Source: Hyphochytrium catenoides | Lineage: Eukaryota; Protista; Hyphochytriomycota | Reading direction: 5' to 3' | Length of the DNA stretch: 62,217 nucleotides | NCBI GenBank assembly: GCA_900088475.1 | Contig: FLMG01002007.1 | Location: forward strand, 1-62,217 | Shown here: in pieces, positions 1 through 11,859 of the stretch | Layout of the letters: the number at the start of each line of letters is the position of its first letter | Numbering within the stretch: the stretch's first letter is position 1 | Notes under the pieces: model-generated | Told to the model about the DNA's origin: nothing | The model's database searches: none | The model's input: only the letters and a program-made list of their open reading frames with translations | Program-made: the position numbers and the translations under genes

Positions 1-242
1 AGAGAGAGAGAGAGAGAAGAAAAGAGAAGGAAAAGCTGTTGCAGAGGGAACGAGCGGAAACAAAGATCTCAAAAGAGAAAAATGAGAAATACAGAGAAGG
101 AGAGAGAGAGAAAATGTGAGAGAGAGAGACAGGCAGTGAAAGAGGGAGACAGAAATAGGGTGGAACCGCAGAGAGGAAAGAGAGAGGCAGCCAGAGAAGA
201 AGAAGAAAGCAGCTATCGAAGCTCAATAGTGGAGAAATGTAC

Positions 243-605
243 CTCCAGTCCTCTCTCTCTTTCTCTCTCTTCCGCCTCTGTGTGTTCCTCTTCGTCTTCC
301 GAAGAGAAAGAGGGAGACAGTCTCTCCAGCCTTTCTTCCTCACTGCTGCTCATGACAATCTCCCTCTCTCTCTCCCTTCCTCTCCAGATATCTTCCTCCT
401 CTCTCCGAAAGCCTGTAAGAGGCACAACGGGAGCATGTGTTTCTCTCTCTCTCTGGCTCGAGAGAGAGAACAGCTCTTCAGCGCTGTCTCCAGTTTCTCT
501 CTTCCTCTCTTTCTCTCTCTCTGTCTGTAAGGCATCATTCCGCCCCAAGAGGAGCTGTACTTCTGTTTGCTCGATGATTGCTCGAAGTCTTTCTTCCCAA
601 TCCAT
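243..605 (-). CDS. First coding exon of an unknown gene running off the left edge (Glu/Arg-rich orphan)
   Basis: ATG at 605 gives MDWEERLRAIIEQTEVQLLLGRNDALQ..., a protein-like N-terminus. A likely donor GAG|gtacat lies at about 242. The rest of the gene is outside the window. Confidence 0.45.
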
Positions 606-640
606 CTCTTCACCTTATTGTCCAGGTTTCCCTGCTCTCT

Positions 641-672
<32 letters not shown>

Positions 673-929
673 GCCCGCTCTCTCTCTCTCTCTCGCCCTA
701 GCCTACCCTTCATACGGGAAAGAGAAAGAAGAGCTAGAGACAACCGGGGTAGGTCCTAATGTCCGGGAGAGAGAAAGAGAGACTTGAGATGGGAAGAGAG
801 AGAGACACAGAGCGAGAGAGAGACAGACGCGAGAGGAGGACGAAGCCACAGCTTCAGAATGATGGAAATGGCGGGAGGACGGAGGAAAAACGAACCCTCC
901 TGCCTGCCGGCGGACCTACTTACTGCTCT

Positions 930-1087
930 TTTCTCTCTCTCTCTCCCGTCTCCCCTCTCTCTTTCTTGCTCTCTCTCTCTCTCTCTTCTTTCTTGCTCTC
1001 TCTCTCTCTCCTCTCTCTTCTTTCTTGCTCTCTCTCTCTCTCCTCTCTCTTCTTTTTGCTCTCTCTCACACACTCTTCTCTTTCTTG

Positions 1088-1128
<41 letters not shown>

Positions 1129-1160
1129 CCTNNNNNNNNNNCTCTCTCTCTCTCTCTCTC
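930..1160. repeat. (CT)n-rich microsatellite tract with N gap
   Basis: Long imperfect TC dinucleotide runs flank a 10-N gap. Confidence 0.9.
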
Positions 1161-1417
1161 CCCCTTCCTTCTCTTATGATGGTATGACGGTTCGCTTTAG
1201 ATCAAATAGGGCACTAAAATCAGACCCCGCTATTTAGTTATCAGATCACACATCAGACTCCCTATAAATACTCCTTGTCTGTTCTTGACTATGGCTACCT
1301 AGATCAGATTCTGGCTGTGATCTTTGATTAAGATTCCATAGTGATTATAGAGGCGTTAGCGGTCGTAAAAGTCTCCGCGAACAGGCATTCTGTCTCCCAA
1401 ATGACCAGTACAATGTC

Positions 1418-1491
1418 ATAGAGAAAGAGAGGCAGAGAAGAGAGAGAGAGAGAGAAAGAGAGGCAGAGAGAGAGAGAGTGAGAGAAAGAAA

Positions 1492-1550
<59 letters not shown>

Positions 1551-1634
1551 GAGGCAGAGAGAGAGAGAGGGAGAGAGAGAGAGAGAGAGAGAGAGACAAA
1601 AAAAAAGAGAAAGAGACAGTGTGAGAGAGAGAGA
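1418..1634. repeat. (AG)n microsatellite tract
   Basis: About 200 nt of near-pure GA repeats. Confidence 0.9.
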
Positions 1635-2224
1635 GGTAATAGAATAAGGCCTAAAGTTATTATTACGCCTCAAAAGGCGCCATCCTGACTGCAGAGGGCT
1701 GCGTATTATTATAAGGTAGCGTCAGAAGGATGCAGCGAAAGGTCAAATTACAGACCTCCAAGAGCGTCAGAGCTCTACGGACTATTAGAGAGGTATCTCA
1801 CATATTCTCTTCCTCGCTTAGTCCATTGATACAATCAGGGTGATTTGTATCTCGCTATTCCTCTGTGTCTTTGCCTTGTGATCGATCACTTCGATCACGA
1901 TGAGCTCCCGCTTGTCTTCGCTCGTATCTCTCTTTTTCTGCGTGTGTGTCTCTCTTTCTCTCTCGCGCGCGCGGGCGCGCGCTCTTTCCTTTGGTCTCTC
2001 TCACTATTTTAAAAGCCTTTATCGTCTTTCTTGGTGCTCTTCTTGTTCAGCAGCCATCCGGCACTGAGCTCAGTGCTATTGTCAAATTTGTTGCCATTGA
2101 GCGCCGTAGCCTAGGGCATCCAAACTCTGGAATTGCTTCGGGCCAAAGATGAGCTGGAGGAGACCGCCAGGAAGCTAGGCCAGAGAGAGGAAGAGAGGCA
2201 AGAGACCTCTGCAAACGGTCTGAG

Positions 2225-5200
2225 ATGGGAAACGTCGATAGCACTGAGGAGAAAGACAGAGAGAACGGAGAAGATAGTCTCTCTCTTCGGCAGAAACTGC
2301 TCAGTCTTGATAATGTTCTCTCTACGCTAGAACTCTCTTTCGCTGAGCAGCAGACACGTTCTCTTCTTGCTCAAGAAGGAGAGACAGGGAGCGATCCCCG
2401 GTCGCTCTTGACGGTGGCCGGCGTCAGACTTCAATGTAATAAAGGTAAGCATTATGAAGACCAGACCTTACGGGTGACTTAAAACGAAGAGAGTTATTTT
2501 ATAAAGGAAGCGCTCAGCCGTTCAGATCAATAAGAAAAGTACAAGAGAGAGACAGAGAGTAAGAGAGATGGAGAGAGACTATGGGGAAAGAACAGAGAGA
2601 GAGAGAGAGAGTAATCGGAATTCTTCTTCTTTTTCCTTTCTCTTCTCTGGTTTCTCCTGACGGACCTCTTGCTCCTACGTGGGCCCTCCAGAACCCTCTC
2701 TTTCTCTCTCTCTCCCTCTCTCTCTCTCTCTCTTTTTACGCTTCCCGAGCCTTGCGCTCTCTGCTTCTTCAAAGTCTCACTCGACTCATTATTCTCTTCT
2801 CCTTGTCCTGCTCTCTCTTACTTTTCGAGTAGACATTCGCATCTCAGTTGGCCCAGTCATTGGTAAGGTGACCTCCACTCGCGCCCTAGTCCTGCTGGAA
2901 GTCAGTGCGGAGAGTGAGATAACTTGTCATCTCTCTCTTCTGGACGCTCTCCGTCCAAAGGGAAGGCCAGTAGGGGAAGTTAGACAGCACTTTAAAGCCG
3001 GTAAAGTTTATGTCGTTTACTTTTATCTGCTCTCTTCTCTCTGGGTACCCACTGGAGAGCCTTGTCTGCCTTTCTGTCGTACCAATACCTCTCCTACTTT
3101 TTCAGCATTGTCTCTTGCTCTACTTGGTTGTCTCTTCGCACGGCTCACTTCTCTCTTACCTTCAACATCCTTGGGATTCACTTGCGTGGCGTGGGGGTTG
3201 GCGGTATTTCGGCCAAGACAGGCCGGCCAGGATTATTTATATTAGAGAATCTTGTTCCAGATTCAAGGTCGGTCCCCAGCCCTTGGTTCCTCGTCTTTCG
3301 TCTCCCACTGACCTTTCAGCCACCTCGCGTCTTAAGAGCGGTGCTAACAGAGCTCTGTCTCCTTCTTGCCTTCTTTATTCATCTCACAATTTCTTGGGTA
3401 TCTAGGTATACCATCGCCTTTAGTGGCGTCAACGCTAAGGATGCCGCGCGGCGAGTGGGAACCTTCCGGACATTTCCTTCTCCTACGGTTCTGAAGGCAG
3501 ATGAAGAGAAAGTTGAGACAACAGGACGGTCAAGGCGGAACATCCGGTTTGCTGTTTTCTCTGATAATGCTCCGCTGGCTCTGGGCCCTGGTGACCTGGA
3601 TCTGAGCTCTCAGTTCATGGCAAAAGAGGTTGATACAGACGAGCCGGTTGACTGTGTGCTTCACCTGGGAGGACAAGTACAAGGTGAGATATGGTGTCTG
3701 GAGCTAACACTCCCCTTCCCAACTTTTCTGTTCTAATGTGTCTCCTCTGTGTTTTGATCTGCTTGGCAGGTGAGAAAGCCTTCAGGGAGGCTTTCCTCTT
3801 TGCCACGCGCTATGTCTCAAGGAAAACGATGGACTCTGGGAGCGAAGGAATGACACCTGCTGACTGGAAATACCTTGAGGTGAGGTGATAGGCTCTGGAC
3901 GGAGCGGAAGAGGGACCCACTGCTGGACGTGATAAGAGTACCAGCCGATGCATTTGGGAAAGTACTGGCGTTGTACACATGCAACCAAGAAGAGTGGTCG
4001 GGGGAGATGGCTTGCTGGCAGCTAGCTCTACCGCTTCACTTATATACCTGCCGCCTATCGTTCCTCAATCCTGATACTAGCGTGAAGTGATCTCCCGACT
4101 GCGGCAACCGTATCGAACGTTGTGGTCTCTTCCCATCATGGTCCGTCTGCTGTCGTCAACCTCGAATCTGATGATATGGAGTGGGAAAGACGTGTTCCCA
4201 GACTTTACTCAGACGTCTGCGCTCAGTGAGCAGCAAGGCGGAGGACGGGAAACAGATGCCCAGAATCGGACTAAAAGATTGATGCTACGGCTGGCACGAC
4301 AGGTAAAGCGGAGGAAGAAAGGACTCTCAACGTTGAGGACAAGCCCATCATTGAGCTTAGCGTGTTATGATGATTGCTGTATGGTCCCTGTGTCATCGTT
4401 TGCTTTGTTTTAAAGTCTAAATCCCCTTCTCGTAGCCGTCCTCGTGTCGTCCATTGTGAATAACCAAACCCTATGCGCCCGTGATCTCTACCGTAGGTCT
4501 ATAATGAGTATCAGAGACAGCTCTGGGATGAAGAAGTAGAGGCTCTGACACGCCTGGAATCTCTCAGAGACGGCGCCTATGAGAAGGTGAAGGGAACCAC
4601 TCGCAAGGTATATATTACGGAGAAAAGGAACGTATATGTTATGGCCTCTGCCCTGACTTTCCTTAGCTCGAGGCAGTCAAAGAAGAGCTGCAGGCCCAAG
4701 AGGGGAGACTTGCCGGTGCTTGGCAGAGTCGCGACCAGGTGACGGTTGCAGCGCTAACAAAGTCAATCACAGACCTCAGAAGTGTGCAGCAGAATTTGCA
4801 GAAGACTCTGGTGAGAACAGGACAAGCTCTTTCCGCGTGTGCACTCTGAGACTTTGTCGTGCCTATAACATCTCTCCAGCACGGCCTCGTGCTTCCTTCC
4901 CTTTCTGGTCCCTTGTTTTTGACATCTGACTGATCTTCTCTCCCTACCTCTTCGAACCTTAGGAGGAAGCCATATCGGCTTCGAAGGCTGGAGAGCCCTC
5001 AGAGACCATGGAGGGCCCTGCCACACTGCAAGAAGGATCAGTCGCCATTATGCTATTAGATCTTAGAGGAAACAGAGTAATTATTGGCGGGAAACAGGTG
5101 ACGCTTCTCTCTTTATGGTCTTATCTCTACTACCTTTCTCTCAAGCTAAATCTTCTTGCTGTCGTCTAGGCTCCAGACAACGACCCCCTGGGTCCGGGAC

Positions 5201-8200
5201 AGATGGAAACGTTTGATCGTTTGCTTGCCCTGCCCGCAACCACTCTTCTCATTTTGGGAAGTGAGTGGCCTATGGTGGACGAGGAAGATCCGACCTCACA
5301 AAGAGCTTCCGTTTCCGCCTCCTCCAAACAGAAGAACAGGTCTTGGTAAGAAAGAGTTCTTATCCGCCGAGAGCGGTGTGCAAGCACTTCTCACAGTCCC
5401 AACGTAAACTCCTGCCGCTACTATCTCCGTCTCCCCTGCGCACCCCGTTCGACTCTGCTGTCATATTAGGAGTTCGTTTGCCCGCAACGATGACCTAAGG
5501 CTACAAATACTGGATAAACTCTACCGTTGGAAGAAGCAAAAACCAGGAAGACAGGTATGCCTACCTCTCCGCTGAGATATAGTCCCAATTCCTATCCAGA
5601 TCACTTCTCAGTGGTCGTTTGTTGCACGTAACGACGGAAGTTAGGAAGAGTTTTCCTATTCTTCGACGTAGTCTCTTACTGTTCTGATCACTCTTAGCGA
5701 TATCCGATCTCACACCGTTTTACCTTCCCCTGGTAGTTCCTATTGGTAGCTGGAGGGCTAGGCTGTGGCATAGAGACTGCAATAATTGAACCTTCGTCGG
5801 GTGTCAATGCAAGGCAGCTTATTCTAGGCCCGCTGACAGATGGTAAGATGCCGGGCAGATTTCCTTTCAGTGCAGTGCTTCTTGACAGGGGCTGTCCATC
5901 AGTGTTTACTCCGCCTCCACGTGGTAGAAGTGTCGTAACACTGACATCCTCATCGTCCTTTGTAATGCTGCTTCAGAGGTGCGCAGGGTCCATCTTCCTC
6001 GTTGTGGGCGGCTTGGCTCTGCACTAGAGTACAAACACGAGCGAATCTTGCCTACGTATAACTACGGCATGATAGAGATAGAGTTAGGTCAGAGCGGACA
6101 GGAAAATGGAGAAACAATGACTTCAAGAATAGTAGCTGTCCGAAACGAACTGGTAACTCCTCTGCTGGTTCTTGCAGTCCTATTCTGTCACCTAAAGCCA
6201 TCCTCTTGCCGCATCTGTCTTCCTGCTTCTCAGGCCCACGTAACCTTGGGCCCAATCATCGGTCGCGTCACGCAGACCGGAGCAAACATATTGCTGGAAG
6301 TAGAGGAGAAGAGCTGGGTAACATGTGTACTGGTTGATGCACTAACGGGCGAAGAGAGGATGCTTCGAAGGTCTTATGGCCTCTCCAACGCCGTCACCTA
6401 TTTTTTGTGCTTATCTTCCTACGCCTTCGCGTACCAACCCGCTTGTTCTTCTGCTACTCCTAATGTTCTTTCCATCATCTACTTTTGTCTCATGGCGTCG
6501 GCGTGTCTCGCGTCCACCGTAAACTCTATCCCCTAACCAATCCTGGCTTGACCTTCTAGGTTAATGAAGAGAAAACAGCCAGGATGTTTCTCTTTCACAT
6601 CTTTGACTCCTGGCAGCCACTATCTGGTATCTTTTGAAGGCATCTCAGAGGAAAGAGAGAGGAGGGGAAGTTTCTCAACACTTCCAGTGGAGCTAGAGGC
6701 TGTTCAGATTATGGTTATAGCTCAAGGAGCTTATAGAGAGGAAGAAACTCTTGAGCTCTCGTCCCGCTCAGGAGCACGCTCGTCCTCCACTATGCATCGA
6801 CCGCCATCGCCTTCACGGCCGCCATCGTCAATGGGAGGGAGAAGTACAGAGAGCAGAATAGGGCGAGCTGGGAAACTTTGGCAGTTTCTCGAGGCTTCTC
6901 TCTCCCCTCCATACTCCACTTCGCACCTTCTTCTTCATGTCGGCGGGTCCGTGCACCTTAGGGACTCTGAGACAGTTGACTTGGCATTAGTAGCACTAGA
7001 GCAGGTATACACGCTTTTGAATTTTCCACCTTCTTCCTCGAGCGAGTACATAGGTCACTGGGACTGCTGATGTTTGACCGTATCACGGAGGCTTGCGGTT
7101 GTTTGTACCTCGGGACATGGCCCGCACTTCAGCTTTAGCTGCATAGTCCTCTCTCTTCATGTCCCGGTCTCCGTGGGCCCTACCGACTTTATCTAGCTCT
7201 TTCTATGTGCGATGTACACGTGACCTGCTGGCCATCTTCATGCTAAAGCGACTTTAACCTTCTTCGTTATGCCGTACTCTCGCCTTCTGCTCTAGATTGT
7301 GTCCGGCACTATCTCTCCCAAACAAAGCTAACAGGCATTCTTTCTATTCTGCTCTGTAGATTGTAGAAAAGGATGGGGTGCCCTCAAAGGATGAAGAGGA
7401 AGAAGTCAAAGATCTTATACGCGAGGGCTTCCGGCGGCAGTTTAACCTCCCTCACGTGCGGCAGGTCCTAAGCCATTGTCCCAACTTAATGTTAGTGGGA
7501 GATGAGGAAACGGTGAGGGGGTACACGCGGGCCTGCAGCCCTTCTCATAAGGGCCGAAGAGGTAAGGCAAGACCTTACAGAGATAGAAGAGACTAGACGG
7601 TAGCAAGGGAAACCGACAGTATAGCACAGGAACGTGTGTTTGCTTACGAGGCATACAATTGCGTGTGTCCCTGATGCACCTTCTTGCTAGTCATGATCCT
7701 GAGATCTTGACCTTGTTACCTGCACTGAGGGCAGTATCTCTTCGTGCGGTGAGGGTTCGGAAAATTGCGCTGCCCTCTTCTCTACATTCCCCTAACCACT
7801 TTCTGACCTTGTTCTTCTTCTTTCTCCGCCTCCACACTTGGTGGTTTAGTCAGCACTGTGTTTCTGCGCCTGCTTAAAGAGGTCCTGTCAGAATATCAGA
7901 GGCAACTTTGGGACTTCGACTTCTCTCCGAAATCTCCTTTCTCAGAGGACCACTTCGCTATCAGACTAGGAGATCTCCTCATCTTCGCTATGGACACAAA
8001 GGTCCGTAATTTATGGGGTCAAGGTTATCCAGTCATTATTGTCTGCAGGTTCTCCGTCTATGGTAAAACAGTTCTTATGGTGCAGGCTCCTTCAACCTGT
8101 TCCCGTCTGTCTGTTCTCCTGAGCGTCCGCCAGTGATAACGTTTCTGATTTGATCCTTACCCAACTTTGCTCATAGTCAAATCGAATGCGAAGGCCCAGC

Positions 8201-9754
8201 TCCGCATTTTCTTCCGATACAGACGAGCTTCTCTCTCGGAAGCAGTGGGAAGACTTCTCTTTTGTGCTATCCGACCCGTCCGTCCGTACAGTGCTTTTAG
8301 TGTCGTCGTCGCCCTTTTTGGACGACTCCCCGGAGGATGCCGCTCTGAAGGCGCAGCACCCCTTAAGACAAGAACTAAAGGATGGATGGCCCTACCATGG
8401 CAAGGAACTGCAAAGGCTCATCACTATCTTATTTGATTGGAAGAAAGAAGGTAAAGTGAGGGAGGCTTAAGGCCAAGAGGGCTGTAGTGCTGAAGATCAA
8501 GAGAAGGTTTTAAATAGGTAGCCTGGGGCGTAGAACAGGGCAACGAAGGCCATGCGCACGTGGGAAAGCGCATCAAACGTCAAATAATCTCATAGAAGAG
8601 GAGCTTAGAGAACGCATCTGGCCACTGGCGAGCTGTATACTCAGACTAAGGGTCGAGCACGCCGTAGTAGAGGGTTTCTCACTTAGGTGATTCTCTCTCT
8701 TATGACAGTTAGAGGCCGTGAGGTTGTACTGCTGGCGAGCGGGGTGCATTGCGGGCTTGAAACTCTCATCCAGGAGGAAGCAAGTCACCTTTCTTTGTCT
8801 CAGTTGCTGATTGGGCCTCTGGGCGCTGCTCCTCAACCGCTCAGAAGCGAGAAAGGAGGCAGCATAGCTGGAAAGTATATTTATAAGCACAGAAGGATCC
8901 TTTCCCAGCAGCAGGTGTTAGCGCTGAGAATAGAGTGCTCTCTTTCTGTCTCCTCTCTCTCCCGTCTCGTCGAAAGAGTCGATGTCCAGGCTGTAGGAGA
9001 AGGGAAGAGCCTTCCTCAGAGAGTTTGGTATGAGGTAGTGACGGCACAAGCGAGACAGAGCAAGGAAAAGCGCTCCTTGCCCAACTCAAATTTCTTAGCG
9101 GAAGAAGCAGCTGACGAAGCCTTAGCCACTAGTGACGGATTGCGACGCTTCCAATCCACGGTCGGAGAGCTTCTCCAGCTTCCTGGGGCACGGGTGGAGC
9201 TCAACTTTGGGGAGACAACAGCTGAACAGGACAAGGAAAGAGATGAGAAGACGCAGAAGGCGGCTGATAGCAGCTTCTTGCTATTCAATCTTTCGGCTAT
9301 TCCTTCCTGGCTTTCAAAAGATCCTCTCCGCCTCTCTCTCTCTCCTTTCAACCAGCAGGAGGAGGACTTGGGAAGAAAGGCCGTTCAACAATTCCAGGAG
9401 AGCAGAAGAGCGAAGGAAGACCTGGAGAGAGTGTATGAGGAGAGTGTTAAAGAGGTGCACGGAGTGTTTGATACTGTTAGTCTTCCCGAGGGACTCGCCT
9501 CAATAGAGAGGAGCCTGAAACTCTTCTTCTCTGTTTGTTCAGACTCCGACTTTCTATCCCTTCTGCCTCCTCCGTCCCTATTCCTGCTACGGCCAGGAAT
9601 GGACCAATTTGTGATTACCGTGGAGGAGAGAGAGCTGGTGACTCTTTCCAAGGAGAGATACATGGAGATATGCTTAGAGTTCTTCCGTTATGGTGCCATC
9701 GTGAAGAGCAGAGCAGTGAGATACAAGGCGAGGTTGCTGGACTTTCCTCGGTAG
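2225..9754 (+). CDS. Multi-exon protein with two tandem PhoD-like (alkaline phosphatase D fold) modules, probably catalytically inactive, with an N-myristoylation-like start
   Basis: Start is MGNVDST at 2225. Module 1 motifs: VGPVIGKVTSTRALVLLEV, GTFRTFP, VLHLGGQV, YRTLWSLP..SNLMIW, YNEYQRQLWD, LLDLRGNR, W(KK)..RQFLLVAGG. Module 2 motifs: LGPIIGRVTQTGANILLEV, GSFSTLP, LLHVGGSV, FNLPHVRQVLSHCPNLML, EYQRQLWD, LFDWKK, REVVLLASGVH. GT-AG introns join the exons in consistent phase. Stop TAG at 9752-9754. Confidence 0.75.
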
Positions 9755-10223
9755 CTCTGTACCGATATATAGAGGAGAGAAGGTCAAGACAGGGGCTGTG
9801 GCGCTTAGGGAGAAGAGAGAAAGAGTGCGAGAGTGAGTGTATTCGCAACTGTTCGATGAGAAGGTCTATGTACAGAATAAATAACTATTTCAGACCACTG
9901 AAGGCTGAGGCCTAGGGTTAGGCCACGCCTGACTGCCATGGGTTACTACTGAAGCTAGTCTCTGTCAAGTGCGGTCCCCTGAACTTCTCTTTCCTATGTT
10001 CGACACCATACTGCACACTTAGTCGCGCCCTCTACAGCCACAAAAAATTGGCTCTTGTTCGTCGAGAAGTTCGCGAGGACGTAGTAGATTGAAGTTCTCT
10101 AGATCCTGTCATGTTGCTCCATCCGCTGTAAGATCCCAGGCTTAGAGGCGTCCGATATCACCCTTGGCTCTCTTCGACTCTGTTGCTCCATCTCCTCCCC
10201 ACTTCCTTAGGGCTCTTCCATTG

Positions 10224-10703
10224 TCAGACTAAATCAAGAAGTAGCTGTGCTAGGTCGTTAGGGAGCTTCTGAAGTTCGTTCTCAGAAGCTGAGGAGAATG
10301 CTTGCTGGATGACTCTGCAGACGTGCCTGTCCTTGATCATCACATAAAGAACAGAGTGACCTGCCAAGGGACACGTATCGGCAGCAGCATCGCCTCCTTT
10401 CTTCAAGTAGAGTAGCGGGTCATCTTTGCCGGAGGACTCCAGAAGCAGAGAGAACTGGTCGACTGTCAGACCTAAGATCCCACTAATCTTCAAATACACC
10501 TGATGGGTCGTCAGCCCAGTTCTTAGAGGTAGAAGAGCAAGAGTCTTGGTCCGATTCATGGTCCTGCTTCGAGGGCAGATCTGCCGAAGAGTAAGGAGAT
10601 GGACTGATGGAGATGACGGTGGAGTTGGACGGGTTCTCCTATAAAAAAAGTCATCCATGACGGCGCCCATCCTGTCCTCCTGCAGGAGTGATTGCGTCTC
10701 CAC
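10224..10703 (-). CDS. Hypothetical intronless protein, possible ubiquitin-like (beta-grasp) domain
   Basis: 159-aa open frame of non-repetitive composition; first ATG near 10670. The pattern LALLPLRTGLTTHQVYLKISGILGLTVDQFSLLL...HSVLYVMIK resembles UBL spacing (inference). Confidence 0.35.
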   Translation of the reverse strand: METQSLLQEDRMGAVMDDFFYRRTRPTPPSSPSVHLLTLRQICPRSRTMNRTKTLALLPLRTGLTTHQVYLKISGILGLTVDQFSLLLESSGKDDPLLYLKKGGDAAADTCPLAGHSVLYVMIKDRHVCRVIQQAFSSASENELQKLPNDLAQLLLDLV

Positions 10704-11281
10704 AAGCGTCCTTTCAGCTCCTCGGTGGAGATAAAGCTAGCTCAATGCGCTGGTGAGAGTTCCAATCGCTCCTGATTGATGGCTGTCAGGCTCCTAGCAG
10801 CCCTGTCCCTCGCTGTGTCTTCATCATAGGAGGCTAGCAGCGCTGATAATGGCTCTGAGCAGGGCAAGAGCTGGTTCTTCTTCACAGTCCCCTTCGCCCT
10901 CTGGACCAGTCTTTTGGCTGGAGTTGCTGGCGCTCGCGACAGTAGTGTGCGTCTTCCTTGCCAGGGCTTCGGCCGCCACCGTCGTTTCCTTTACATGCCG
11001 ACCGCGGCGCTTGGCACGCACTCCGTAGCAGAGCGGAAGTGCAAGTGGAAGAGTGCCGAGACTTCGAAGAGCTTCAGCGGACGAAAGGATGCGGATGTTG
11101 CAGTGAGAAAGAGGAGGGAAGCGAAGGCAGAGAGAGAGAGAAACCCAAGGATCAAACGAAGAGAGAACAGGGACGAGACCGAACAGACAACACGCCCACG
11201 CCGGATGCGAGAGGGAGACATTTGGGACACAACATCACGAGCAGCAGCAAAACGAGCGAGCAGAGAGATGGATACACATAA

Positions 11282-11282
11282 G

Positions 11283-11316
<34 letters not shown>

Positions 11317-11567
11317 GAGAGAGAGAGAGGAAGAGAAAGAGAGAAAGAGAGAAAGAGAGAGAGAGAAAGAGAGAAAGAGAGAAAGAGAGAAAAAGTGAAA
11401 GAGNNNNNNNNNNNNNNNNNNNNNNNNNNNNNNNNNNNNNNNNNNNNNNNNNNNNNNNNNNNNNNNNNNNNNNNNNNNNNNNNNNNNNNNNNNNNNNNNN
11501 NNNNNNNNNNNNNNNNNNNNNNNNNNNNNNNNNNNNNNNNNNNNNNNNNNNNNNNNNNNNNNNNNNN
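11282..11567. repeat. (AG)n/(AGAAAG)n tract followed by an assembly gap
   Basis: GA repeats at 11282-11403, then Ns at 11404-11567. Confidence 0.9.
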
Positions 11568-11859
11568 TTCAACCTCTTTCCAGGGCTGCTTGCCGAACCC
11601 CAGCGACCTAAACCTAAACCGCCCTGCGAAACGGATCTTTCCATCAAAGTACAAATGCTTTCTGATCCTTATATCTATGTGAGACATAGCAAATGATGAC
11701 GACTGATTGGTTCATATGAAGAGGATTAAAAGCTCTGGGCCAATGAAAGCATACTATCTTTGTCAGGTTTATTGAAATGAACTATAAAGTTAGCCCTAAC
11801 ATACAAAAGTAATGACAGAGTTTTTACATTTTTGTGTTACGGCTTTTTCTTGGTTGAGG

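Noticed and set aside
82-1673. Long ORFs rich in SLSLSL or RERERE (also at 10914-11696, 23089-23516, 38808-39289, 61092-62092)
   Set aside because: These are translations of (AG/CT)n microsatellites and N gaps, which lack stop codons.
1946-2482. Single in-frame TGA at 2150-2152 upstream of the PhoD-like start, suggesting readthrough or selenocysteine
   Set aside because: The upstream peptide shows no conservation or SECIS evidence, and ATG 2225 gives a natural MGNxxS start.
11606-11620. CCTAAACCTAAACC telomere-like motif
   Set aside because: Only two imperfect units; not an interstitial telomere array.
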